This document shows positions 13,431-25,900 of a DNA stretch of 64,000 bases, in pieces. A program made the position numbers and the translations under genes. The notes beneath the pieces are model-generated. The model was not told the origin of the DNA. It saw only the letters and a list, made by a program, of their open reading frames with translations, and did no database searches. How positions within the stretch are numbered: position 1 is the first letter of the stretch; each line of letters begins with the position of its first letter. Origin of the DNA: Marsupella aquatica (lineage: Eukaryota; Plantae; Marchantiophyta); contig OZ316894.1 of assembly GCA_973895155.1 (NCBI GenBank), forward strand, positions 9,833,440-9,897,439. Direction: 5' to 3'.

Positions 13431-13501
13431 CTCTACTTACTAATCCTACTGACCCATATGCCGCCACTCTACTTACTATCCTACTGACCCATATGCCGCC
13501 A
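13431..13501. repeat. ~36-bp tandem duplication
   Basis: CTCTACTTACTA(A)TCCTACTGACCCATATGCCGCCA x2. Confidence 0.85.
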
Positions 13502-14252
13502 ATTGACCTGCAGACGCCGGTACAACTCCTTTGACCAGTTTATAATGTAGACTCAAAATTAAACTTCACCTTGGCTGGGACTAGATTGAGCCTCGTGTCC
13601 GTGCGTGGTTTTTGTCATCTCCCTAACTTCACTTCAAGATGACGGTTTTCGAGAGCTCTCCTTCAACTTGCAGGTGGGTCTTCCTGGCTTGCCGCTCGTC
13701 GTTTGCGAGGTGCAAGTTGCAACTTTTTCTAACTTTCTGCTTGCGCATGTCCACCACCTGAAGACGACTGAGTTATCCCCCGCACGTGCACCTTCCCCAG
13801 GTTTTGATCAAATCATCCCGTCTGAAACTGTGGTGTGGTGCTCTCCACCTGTTGCCCAGGTGTTTTCGGATTTTAAGATGTCTGAAGTGTTGATAGGGTC
13901 AAGACAAGACACCTTGCAGCTTACCTTTCTGACCCGTCGTCGGCTGTATTTGTTTTGCGTCTTCTTGATCACACGATTCTCCACAGTTGATCGCTCGGAT
14001 GCAGATGAACATTTGTGGCACTAGAGATTTCCTACGGGTGGGGACCAGTGGAATTAAACCACAAGAGGAATTTCTCTTTACTTTGTGTGCAGCAACACCT
14101 TCTGCAAGCCGTCCGTCGGGCTAATCATTACTTTAATCCCACTTAGGACTCGACCAGCAGGAACTTGAATTCCTCTCTGAATAAGAAGGAGAAATGCACA
14201 ACAATCAATACGGAAAGAGAACCCATCAGAAGGTACGAGATAGACGACGGGC

Positions 14253-17200
14253 TCATGATCGTCCCCAAAAAGAGTAGACGTCATGACTGATCACTAATAC
14301 CAGAAGCAACACTAAACACCCAACAAAAAATTGTGATTTGTTCTTCTGTAACTCTATGAAGCTCATCACACATTGGAAGTGTGAGTCTGCATGATGTTTC
14401 AGTTTTGACTGACTGGGATTCAAAAATGTGGTCATTCGAGTTCCTGCCTCATTCGGATACTTCTCGTTTTGCAATTTCCTCTTCTGAAAATTATCTTCCG
14501 TTGCAATTAAAGGGGTTCCCGACCCTAAGCACTCAAAACCGGTTTGATAATTCCGTGAATGACTGGCCTCACATTCTGGGCTGGAATTGGAGGCCGGAGC
14601 TAGCTCCGCTCCCCAACAGCTCTCTCCCTGTTTTATAGAACCTTCCATGTTAGACTTTATGGAGCTGCCTTCTTGCTTCAAATCCCTTACCTCTTCCAAG
14701 ACAGAGTTCAGCTGTATCTCCTCTAGTACAACCTGTCTACTTGAAATTTCCCCAGATAATCCCGTGTGTGATTTCAGGACCCTGCCTTCTTGCTGTAGAT
14801 CGTCGACCGCCTCTGAGGCCTTCTGCAGCTTCTCCTGTTCGAGTGAAATTTCCGTAGAAAATCCAATGTTCGATTTCATAGAACTGCGTTCTTCCCGTAC
14901 CGTCGCTGGGTTCATCTTTACTTCACTCCAATTTTGGGGTCCACCATACGATGCTTCGATTCCTCCGTGAATTATGACTTGCGGTTTCTTCCTCTGTATC
15001 CTTATGAACTTTCTCGGACCCATCCACTTCTTTGTTGCGAGGAGGTCCACTTCTGCGTGATTGATATTAGAACATATCTTTGATGGGATTTCTTCCTCGT
15101 TTGAAGCATCATTCACTCCAGTCGCTCGACTTGAAATTGTAGAGGTTTCCCGCTGTCCGTTCTGAAATCCCGCTTCATAATTCCTTGAATAACCAGACCC
15201 ACAGTCCGCGGTGGAATTCGAATCCAAAGCTGCCTGCACTCTCAAGAATTTTACTGGATTTTCCTGTTAGACTTCATGGATCTGCCTTCCTGATGTACAT
15301 CTGTCTCTACTACTGCCGGATTCTGCAATGGCTCAAGAATAACCTGTTTGCCTGAAATTTCCCACGATATTTCTGTGCTGGATTGCAAAGAAATGCCTGC
15401 TAGCTGTAGATCCTTTCTCTCTTCCAAGGGCAAGCCCTTCAATTTCTCCTGTGATTCAACCTTAATCTGTTTGCCTGAAATTTCTGTAGACATTCCCTTG
15501 TTTGATTGCACGGATTTACCTGCTAGATGTAGCTTCTTTCTCTCTTCCAAGGGCAAGCTCTGCAGTTTCTCCTGTGGTTCAACATAAATCGGTTTGCCTA
15601 AAATTTCACTTGACACTACCTTGTTAGACTCCACGGGCCTGCTTGCTAGATGTAGATTCTTTCTCTCTTCCAAGGGCAAGCTCTGCAGTTTCCCTTGTGG
15701 TTCAACCTGTTTCCTGGAACCTACCTTCGACTCTCCCGTGTTTGATTTGATCAAACTACCGTCTTGCATTGGATATGTTACCACTTCTCTCAAGACCAAG
15801 GTCTGCAACATCTCATGTCTGCCTGAAATGTCTCTAGGCAATCCTGTGTCTGATCTTATAAAATTGTTTGCGGGCTGTGGATCCTTCACTTCTTTCAAGG
15901 CCAAGGTCTGCAGTTTGCCCTGTTCCCTTGAACTTTGTAGAAACAATCCCGTGTTTGATTTGATGGAGTTGCCTTCTCGCTGTTTATCCTTTCCCTCCTC
16001 CAGGACTAACTTCAGCAATTTCTGTTGTACTACAGTTATTCCTTCCGCCCTGTCGTTCGCAAACCTGAAAAATTTCCACAACATTGTATAAGAGGAAATA
16101 TGTATAATCCCGACGTGGAAACTTTCAATTGACTGTCCACACACATTCACAGTACTAGAGTGGTGTCCAAGATATCTTAGACAGGACCTTCATTGACATG
16201 GATTACAGTTATCTATCAGGGGAGAGATCAGCTGTAACTAACTCTGGGGTGGCACCACCTTGAGGATACCTCAGAAACACGTAGAGCTGCCTAATAAGGA
16301 CTCTCCTAGAACCAAATTTTCAGACTACATTATGAATTAATGTTGACCGATGCAGATTCCCGTCATACATCAACATTTGTTCTGGTCAAATACAGGTTCG
16401 TCTAGTAAGAGGTGAAATTGTTGCACATTCCTCCCTAACTGCGAAACTGGTTGCAATCAGATTTCACTTTCGTGTATCATAGCACAACTTGAAATTCTTA
16501 TATTCCACTCGCGCTATGATTAGAGAACTTACCCAAGGGTCTGCTGAAGAGGAAGTCTGCTTCCCAAGTTCAGCACATGTCTCACATCGTGGTAGCAAAG
16601 CCTCTTCTTTGCGTCGGCAATAAGCGCTCTCCACATCGGATCAACAGCACCTAATGTGGGGCCATGCCCTATGATCCATAGACAGTACCTGTGAAACAAG
16701 GCAGCTTCGACAAGTAAGCTTGACCATTCTTCAAAGTTCCAAACATGCGACATGTAAAGATGGTGTTGCCTGCTTAAGAGCTACTTGAACTTCCAGATGC
16801 AACCAAATCACTGGGTCCGACAGCGACAATTCCTAGTATGTGGTCACTAAAACATTGATCCACCGCAGAGACCGCCCCTGCGATCCAGCTTGATTTGAAA
16901 AACATGCATATATATATATATATCACCATAAATGTAAGGCAATGTTGTATGCTCCAATGTATGATTGACGATTTAGGTAGAACTTAATGCTACTTTGCAT
17001 TTTCCGAAGCTTGTACATATGGCATGCAAGACTACTGCTTTGAGTCTTCCAGCACCATGCTATTATCCACCAGCTCCTGCATTTGATGCACCGGAGCGGG
17101 CTACATGATAGGAATAAAAATTCGAGTCGGTCGAGATTGTACGTGATTCACCTGCCACGAGTCATTGCCACGTTTATTCTTCGGAAATCGTCCAAGAACC

Positions 17201-20200
17201 CAATTTTCCCCGACGAATTTGCCCTCACAGCTGAAAAAATAATAACATCCCTTTCTCCTCCTTGGAAACCATCCACAGTCCTGAACTCAACTTTCAGTTG
17301 ATTATTAGCATTATTGGTGCGAATTGCTATCCGCTTTTTCAACTTTTCCACCTGGCCTCGATATGGAGAAATTACCCCCACATTCAAATTCTCATCGTTT
17401 TCTGCAAACCATGAACAATGTGACGAGAACACAGGGATCAATACCTGATGAGCAAGGTCCGAAGTATCATTTCTATGTGTAACAGTGCGAAGCTGACCAT
17501 TGACTTCGAGAGAATGAACCCAAACGAAGTTTAATTGCAAACGATTGCACAACACAACGTGGACCTTCCCCACGCACAGACGAAATGACCGTCTATCAAT
17601 TGATGTTCATGAATTCATTACTTGGCTGCACTGCGAGGTCTTAGAAACAGTCTCCAACTGATGCGGACTCACCTGCTTGCATTCTGTCGAGGATGTGTTG
17701 CACAACGTCACATTCGACAGAGTTTTCATAGGATTTTCCGTTCATCCCTCGTTTGTCTTGTCCATCCTTAACATCTATGAAAGCATAGGCCCCAAAGAAG
17801 TCTTGACATGATATTTGGTAAGATTCCGACCGAACAAGTGGTGCATCCTCCACAATACCATGGTAGAATTGTTGATTAGAGAACCGACTTATCTCCGGAT
17901 GCATTCTATATTGTATTTTAAGAATATGGTATGGATGACCCAATTTCTGAAGCCTATCGAACAAGCTTCTGTTGTACCCACTGATTTTCGATTTCTGCGT
18001 TCATGCACATGCACACGAAGTGTTGAATCAAGTGCTCAAAGGCCATAGGATCATTCTATAGGAGTCAACAACGTGTACAAACCTTTTAGTTCCGGATGAC
18101 CGATGACAAACATTCGATACAACTATGGACCGAGGAGTTTGGAGGATGTAGTGCAGTGGGGTTTGAAGTTTCGAAAATAATACGAGCGCCAATTACTGTC
18201 TTGGGTCCAGAGAGAATTGGCAGACATAAAGTCACCTGAACGACTACTGCGTGGCACTAAGCTAGATTTGGCTCAAAGCCCACAGTGATCACATTTTGCA
18301 AATTAGGGAAATAGAACACTAACCTTACTCGTGACCATAGCCTGAAGTTGATTTGGATCTCCAACTAGCAGCATTTGATTCAGTCCTGTGAGTTGTGTGA
18401 TAATGGCTGTCTCAGCCTCAACAAGTTGTGCAGCCTCATCAATGACTGCATAGTCGAAGGGATATCCTTTTATGCGCCAGCTTCCAGCAGTGGCAGTGGT
18501 GCAGAAAACCAGCGATGATTTGTCAAGGCACATTTCCTCTACATCACCCTTCATAACATTAAAACCCGGCTTACTCTCCATGATCGCTGAAAGTTTCTCT
18601 CTTGAACTGAAAAAACCTCTGTCTAGAAACGTAGCGTTTCTCTGTTGAGAATCGCAGGTACCTTCAAACCAACGTCTTGCTCGCTTTTCCGTAAGGTGGA
18701 CATTGGCTAGAACATTCAAGAGCTTCCCTATAACACTGCAGGATTCTTCAACCATTTGTCGTGCTCTTGCACTCAGTACCTTGCTGGGTAGGTCTACGCA
18801 CATTACCCTACCCCCTTCTATCCAGTGCTTCCCCAGATCATTTAGTTGCGCTCGGATAAAATCGAGAAAAATGGGGCAGGGACCATTCTTGGTGTCCCAA
18901 GCTTCCCTACCCCTGTCATACTGTACGACAGCAGAATTTGTGCTCAGGATATGAAGGAACTGTTCAGCACAACCCTGCCACCCTCCTGCTCGTGACAGTC
19001 TTTTAGTCCGGTTCTTAAGATAGATGCCACCAAGAACGCCATTGGTATCTAATCTATCCTCGTTTCCCACCAGCAAAACATCTCCAATATGCAATGGTCC
19101 AAATAATTGCACCCAGTTAGCCGCCAGAGATGCGAAGTTAGCGATTTGAGACAGTATCGATGGTTCCATTTCCAGGTTCTTCAAGAACCTTTCAGCAAGT
19201 TCTGAAACTGCTCGATTTGTCGGAGCGCTAACGAGAACTCGATCCTTCAAACAAGTAACGATGGACAACAGTGCAGCAACAACTGTAGTCTTTCCAGTTC
19301 CTGTCCAATTCGGACACGGGAAAGGTTAGTAGCCATTGACATTGTCTAAAATTGAATTCGGTTCCAATTCAATATCGAATTGATGTTGTTCTAATGTTTG
19401 CTTTTACCTGGAGGCCCCTGAAGTAGCTTTGTCCGAACACCATCACTCTTCATCAGTCCCATAACATTGCTACTTATAGCTTCTATTTGTGACCTATTGA
19501 GGTGTCGATAAATGCAATATTGTTCTACAAGGACTTCCACGCGATATAGATCTTGCACTCGATGATAAGCTTCAAATTCACTTGTCGTGCATTCCTGCAT
19601 CAATTTTTTTGTCAAAAGAACTCGCCACGGGCAAAGATTAACTCAAGACCCACATCGCGGTAATCTCTGCCTTAAACTTTTTTTTTGCTTTTAAAAGGCT
19701 AGTCGGTAAGCTTGAATCCTCGTCAAACATCGTGCCCTCCGGCAAAATTTCACGATTCTCTAGTTCGTCTGAAATGGGTCCTAGGTTTGAACATGAAGGC
19801 AGATCGTTGGAGTGATATTAGACTTTTGAGGAAACCAATGCACACAGAAACGAGGCGTTGCGCTCACCTGCACGAGTTGGTTGTTACTGTACAAATTCTG
19901 CTTTACTACTGCGTGAAGTCTCGGATCTTGAAACACAGCTGGATCCGGATTCAGTGCGTCCCAAATCCTCATAACAGTAGCAGCATTATTTATAAAGATG
20001 GCGTACCAGAATCGTTTGAACTGAACCATATCACGATACATAGGACCCGATGAGTCCACACAGGCTTTCACGTTGAAAGATTGTGTGAATTCATCCTCTG
20101 AGTCGGATATCAACGTCAACGTGTAGTGTTCACCAGAAGTCAATAGCAGGTCATCTAGATTCCTTGGAAGAAAACTGCAAAGGAGCACGAGATCCGTCGG

Positions 20201-21493
20201 CTTTGGTTTCCATGGATCTTCTTTCCGTCTTTGCACAAATTTGCTAAGACCGAGGATGAATTTCCTAATTTGCTTCTGACTCCCTCGCCTATCAAACTCA
20301 TCATAATTTTCTACTTCTTTATCCTTGATCCTATAACCTACTTCTATGTAATCTGCCCAGCTAAGCTCTTCAAGACCTCTTTGTATTTGTGCACGTGTCT
20401 CTTCCAGCAAAGGCATTTGAAAGGCCTTGTAATAAGAAGGTAGATCTACGAAGGTGTTGCGAATTGCTGCAACCTGGAAACAGAAAGAAGTATCCCAGTA
20501 AGCTTTAGAACATTTCACTTACCTTTCATATTCACCTTTACGTGGGTCGACATAAGGAGAAGAGAGCTTAAAATGTAGGTTATATCCAAGTACTACTGTG
20601 AGATGCAACTCGATTCATCGACTACAGCTGAAATTGTACACGCGTGCACATTTCAGGCCCTTCCGGAATTGATCAAATGATAGAAAGAAACATCAGACTG
20701 AGTTCTGTCTCAGAGCCCCTCCCCTCAAATTTAGAGAAGCAATGCTGCTAGGATAATAGAAATCTCTTGAACTATTTTAACCATGTACACAGCATTGAGC
20801 ACGATCACACCAGAGCATGAACTTCCTGCAGTGCTTAGTCAGAACAAAACGCAAAAGCATTCATTTGGTATCAATGGCGATGGGTTCATATTGCCTTACC
20901 ATGCTTGAGATCCAACGCTCGTTGGTTATTTCTCGCAACGACCACCTTAGTACAATGTAAGCCCAGCTGTACTTGTCACTTCTTTGCTTATCCTTGCCAT
21001 CAGAGGAATCCTTCACAACACCAATCGTATCCCCATCATCCTTCATTCCTTTCAACTTCTCAAGGAAATCGTCAGGACATGGATTGACAACAATGACCGG
21101 GATTGGATGGCCATACTCTTTCAAAACCCAGAGCCTCGGGTTGTCAAGGCTATAGTATTTCCCCCTATACTTGACCACTCGAATAGGAGGAATGTCGTCA
21201 ACAGCCAGCACCCCGTCCTTCAAATTCCGGAAGATTTCAGCCTCCAGAGATTTAGATGAATATAGAGATTGAGGATATGTTCCTTCAACTGAGGAGCTGC
21301 TGGCACTGACACTGGCCCTGGCACCCTTAGCGCCTTCTTTCCCTGTCGGTAGTCTCTGCAATGGCCCCCGTCCATAAGTGAAGCGGAAAGTCTTTTCGGA
21401 GAATCTGATAGTCGACGGGTCTATCCTTCTAGGAATTTGAACTGAGTTCCTTGCGCCAAAGTCATCCACAGAAGTACCTTTGGAAGGCCCCAT
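14253..21493 (-). CDS. UPF1/SEN1-like superfamily-1 helicase (plant DUF6469-type) with N-terminal ParB/Srx-like domain, repeat linker and C-terminal TM; 8 coding exons; frameshift in last exon
   Basis: Frame-consistent GT-AG exons: 21493-20900, 20473-19868, 19594-19408, 19300-18324, 17994-17673, 17401-17152, 16688-16533, 16064-14253. Motifs: QGPPG|TGKT (Walker A split by an intron), [60 protein letters not shown]; also [11 protein letters not shown] and [13 protein letters not shown]. 1-bp deletion at ~15264. Confidence 0.85.
15350..15990 (-). repeat. Coding tandem repeat, 123-bp (41-aa) period in its core
   Basis: CTTCCAAGGGCAAG at 15421, 15544 and 15667; protein unit ~[36 protein letters not shown]; more diverged copies flank it, including at 14650-14900. 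Confidence 0.85.
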
Positions 21494-21859
21494 TGAAGAC
21501 AAAATTCCTACAGCATGTGCTTCGGCGCCAAAGCAAGAGCTGTAGAGAGGCGATTCACCGAGTAAGCTACTACGCTAACGCAGCAATGCCCAAGGTGATT
21601 CACGGAGTCACAGGAGGGCCCAAACATAGTCCCATATCGACAGAGATCCGCCTCAGCTTTAAAACCTAGCCTCAGAACTGAGCGAATTTGAATTCAGTAG
21701 ACACGTTGAATGACTCTTGAATTCAAACATTTATCAGGCTCTCACACAAATCGCCGCCTCCGATCGACACTCCGTACTCCAACCTTAACCCAAATTCCCT
21801 GTCTGCTGCTGCGGCTGCTGCTCCCCAATGCTGAATCCTCCACAACCCAAAATCGTCTG

Positions 21860-22580
21860 TTCCACAATCTCTCCCCAAATGCCGTCCAGTGCAATTACAG
21901 TACAGTACGCAGACTTCTGCGCAATGCTGTTGAGTCCGAACTTTCAACCGACGAGCTGAATGATTAGCTCTAAACTCCGCCGACGATCATACTGAGTGAA
22001 TTCTCCAAAAGAGTGAGCCTCAAGGCTTCAGTAGACTACACAGAGCCAGAGCGAATTCGTGCTCGAATCAGACAGAAATTCCGGCCTCGGACCTCCGCAT
22101 CTCGTCGTCATTCCTCCCCAATTACGACCTACAGTAGTGCATTCACAGTACTCGATCTCTGCGTATGCTGCTGAGTCAAAACTTCCACCCAATGAGCTGA
22201 ATGCCTAGCTCCAAACTCTGGTGTGCAAATCAATTAAACGACATTGCTAGAGTTCAGTACACAGAGCCAGAGCGAATTCGTATCGAAACAGCTGAGAATT
22301 CCGGCCTCCCGCCTCCGCATCTCGTCTTCATCCACCACATCTCGTCTTCATCCACCACATCTCCCCAATTACGTCAACTCAATTGCCTTCCCAGTACTCG
22401 CCTTCTGCGCATACTGCTGAGTCAAAACTTCCACCCTTGTGCTGAATGCCTAGCTCCAAACTCTGGTGTGAAAATCAAATAAACGACACTAGTGCTAGAG
22501 TTTAGTACACAGAGCCAGAGCGAATTCGATTTCGAATCAGATAGGAATTCCGGCCTACACTCTCGGCATCTCGTCTTCCC
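21860..22580. repeat. ~220-250-bp tandem repeat upstream of the helicase ATG
   Basis: ACAGAGCCAGAGCGAATTCG at 22040, 22261 and 22509; GCTGAATGCCTAGCTCCAAACTCTGG and CCGCATCTCGTC also repeated. Confidence 0.85.
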
Positions 22581-22964
22581 GCCACCAAACACTAATTCGG
22601 AAGAAGCCCATTTCGCGCACGAAGGTAGTGCAGTAGTAAGTGAACTGACCCAGCCAGCATTATGAGCTGAAACCTGAAAAGCAATTCCCCACTGTGGTCG
22701 TTGAAGACACAGTGTACAGCAGTCGATGAGCCGATGGAAACGAACCTATTCTTCTCGATCGGAATGATCGGAATGATCCTCGCCTGAGGTTCAAAGGCCG
22801 GTCCAATGGAAACCGGTCGTTAAAAAGGCGCCAAAGAGCGAGTTGCTGCTGTCATGCCCTCATTGGCGGCCGCCTCTTGCCTCTGCGGGCTGGAAAGAAA
22901 AAGAAAAGTCTGCAGTGTGCTTTTTTGGGTCAGGTCTGGAAAGAAACGGAAGATTGTGGTGTTT

Positions 22965-25900
22965 TTCTTTTTCTTTTTCTTGAAAGGAATACTTTACTCA
23001 GAAAACAAGTAAAACCCAGTAAATCATGGGAGTAAAAAGGCCAGACCACATGCGGTCAAGGACCAAAAGTCACCCAGGGTTGAGACACATCCAAACATGG
23101 GGACAAGGGCAAAAGTAATTACCAAGAGCGAAAAGTGAACAAGTCTGACACTCACTCCAGAACAACTAACAAAGAAGGGAAAACAAATATGAGGGCCAAC
23201 TCAGAACCAGAAAAACAGTGAGAGGACCAGCAAGAGCTCAGGCCTGAGCAGCTGTCATGAGGGCGAAAGAATCCATGAGGATAAATTCATCTGCAAGAAA
23301 GGGACCAGCAACTAAGCTAACACCTAGTGGAGACACAAAAATGAAAGTGAGTCCATAAGGTAACCGACCGATTCCTTCAAGGTGGATCAAAAGTCCACAG
23401 AGGCCGGTAGTCAACAATAAAAAGACCATCACTAATCCTATACAATCCACCATTGCAGCCAAAGTCCCTACGCAAACGCCCAGTCAAAGCTTGATTATCG
23501 TCACCAACCGTAAAGTGTCGAGAGAAACCCTGATTCCAAGCAATCTTTAGATAAGAACGGAGTTCCATCCAGATCTTGATCTTTAATCCCAGAATTGCAG
23601 TATTCAAGTTTTCTTTTTCCAAAGAACAATGAGATTTCCAAATTTGCCATGTAGCAATCCCTCTGAGGATCACAACTTAAGAGGAAAGTTACGTTTGTGC
23701 TCAACAAAAGAAGCTCCCAACAACACATGTGCCGCTTCAAAATGAATATCCTCTGAATCCACTTCCGCAATATGTAAGAGATTACCAATCCAAGTCCAGA
23801 TAGAACGAGAAACGGGGCACGACCACAGACAATGTATCAAATCTTCATGTGCACCTATCTCATATCTTTTACACCACCAAAGCTCATCTGATTTCGAAAA
23901 AGGAATAATGTGACCAAGATCATCCAGCCTCTTGGATCGTCGACCAATGTAATGTTTAGTCGCAACCAGCCTGTGAGCAATTTGCCATAGAAAGTGGTTA
24001 ACCTTTTCCTCTCGAAAAGGCTTCCAGATGTTTTTCCAGATCACCTTCTCCAACGGGACTGCTCGTAATTCCATTCTCCATTTTGAGATTCCCCCACTGA
24101 AGACCGATGTCCTGCTTTGAAGCAGTCTTCGCAAGCTATCCGTGGAAGCATGAAAAAATTGTTTTCCATCCTTCCAATGAAACCGATCCGATTTGCCTAA
24201 GTCCTTGCATGAAGGACCCATCACACCAATCCCTTGTTTATGAGATAGCCAGTTTTCAGGCGACCTGTCACCACTCTGAATAAAATAGTATCGGAAATCT
24301 GCTGAACATTGATCTTCCGAAGAATACCATTCGTAATTTCATACGAAGTAGTTGGAGTCCTTGGTAACTCATCGATCTCCCAGCTATCCTTCACCAGACT
24401 GTTACAAATAGTGATTTCCCAAACTTTGTTGCCTTCCAAGATGGGAAATTGAGAGATCATCACTCTGGATGTATCTTCCTGAGAGAGCATAGGCACCTGA
24501 GGAAATAAAGAATTATTCAGGAGTAATTGAAACGATCTCCGATATCTAGGATGAATCTCTCCACAAAAAATCTCCCACGATCTAGGTATCGAAGCGTTCA
24601 CATATAGATCACCCCACGTAAGCAATCCCCTATTTTTCATGTGTCGACGAGGCACAGTGCTGCAACCCGTTGTCTTAACATCCTTATGATTGGTTGAAGG
24701 AGACCAGAAAGGTTGGTCCATAACAACCATCAAATTTGCCGGTGTGGAAAATTCCAGATAGACTTTTAATTTGTTCCACGATCTGCAAATCGACTTCCAG
24801 ATTGCAGAACCTTCCGATGGGAGAGTTCGACATTTATTGAAGACCCATGCATAGTCAGCAAAACCCCATTTGTGTATGGATAACCTTCGAATCCTAGAAC
24901 GTAACAGTATTTGAAGCGGATGTTGACCATTAGCCATAGCGAGAAAGATAAATCTTGCTGCTAGAGCTGTCACCTGATCTTCAAATGAAATCAGTCCAAC
25001 TCCTCCTTCAGACTTATGAAGTGATAGAGTCTGAAAATTAATTCTATGTCTGGCCGAAATCTCTTGACCAGCCCATAGAAATTCGATTAGCACCATCTTG
25101 ATGGCATGTAGATCAGAGTCTGAACCTCCCCAGAGAGTAAGAATGTACCAAAGGGACCCCATCAAAATATGATTGCTAACCAGAATTCTAGCCATGAAAG
25201 AATGTGGTTGAAGTTTGAGTACCGTCAACTTTTTATCCAACATCTCTCTGATTTGCACTAGAATACTCCCCGAGTCGATTCCTTCTGCTCCAAAAAGAAA
25301 TCCCAACAATTTTGATGTGTTATCAAAATTTTCCCAATTCCAACCTAGACTTTCCAAATCAATAGGTAAAGGAGTATTACTAAGAAGAATGGCGTTTGTA
25401 GAACTCCAATCGCACCTCAGACCTGAAGCTGTTGCAAAAACATCAAAGAATGTTTTACAATTCATAATGTTTTCATACTCCCCTTTCAGGATGACTGTCG
25501 TGTTATCAGCATAGAGTTGATGTGCCAAATGTAATCCTTCATCTTCAAATCTAACTCCCACCAACTGCCCGGAAGAGAGTTTCTCTGTCAGTAAATAATC
25601 AAGTCCCTGAAGAGCAATGATGAAAAACAATGGAGAGATAGGACAGCCTTGTCGCACTGATCTAGTGATATCGAAAGCTTGAGTCACCCTTCCATTTAAC
25701 ATTATGGCTGAAGATGCCTTGGTGGTAATCGCTCGGAAGAAATTGATAAACTCTCCACCAAATCCCATCTTATCCAACATTCTCTCGATGAAGACCCATT
25801 CCACGCTATCAAAAGCTTTAATCATATCCAACTTTAAACAGACATATGGATCGACCTCCAACATAGCTTGAGTCACCATTTCATTTGATAACAACATCGT

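Noticed and set aside
13605-14024. 139-aa plus-strand ORF, or extra helicase exons on the minus strand
   Set aside because: Non-ATG start and no motif. Minus-strand splice-like sites exist but I could not build a consistent frame.
14381-16091. Plus-strand ORFs with repeated Cys/Ser motifs
   Set aside because: Antisense shadows of the helicase repeat exon.
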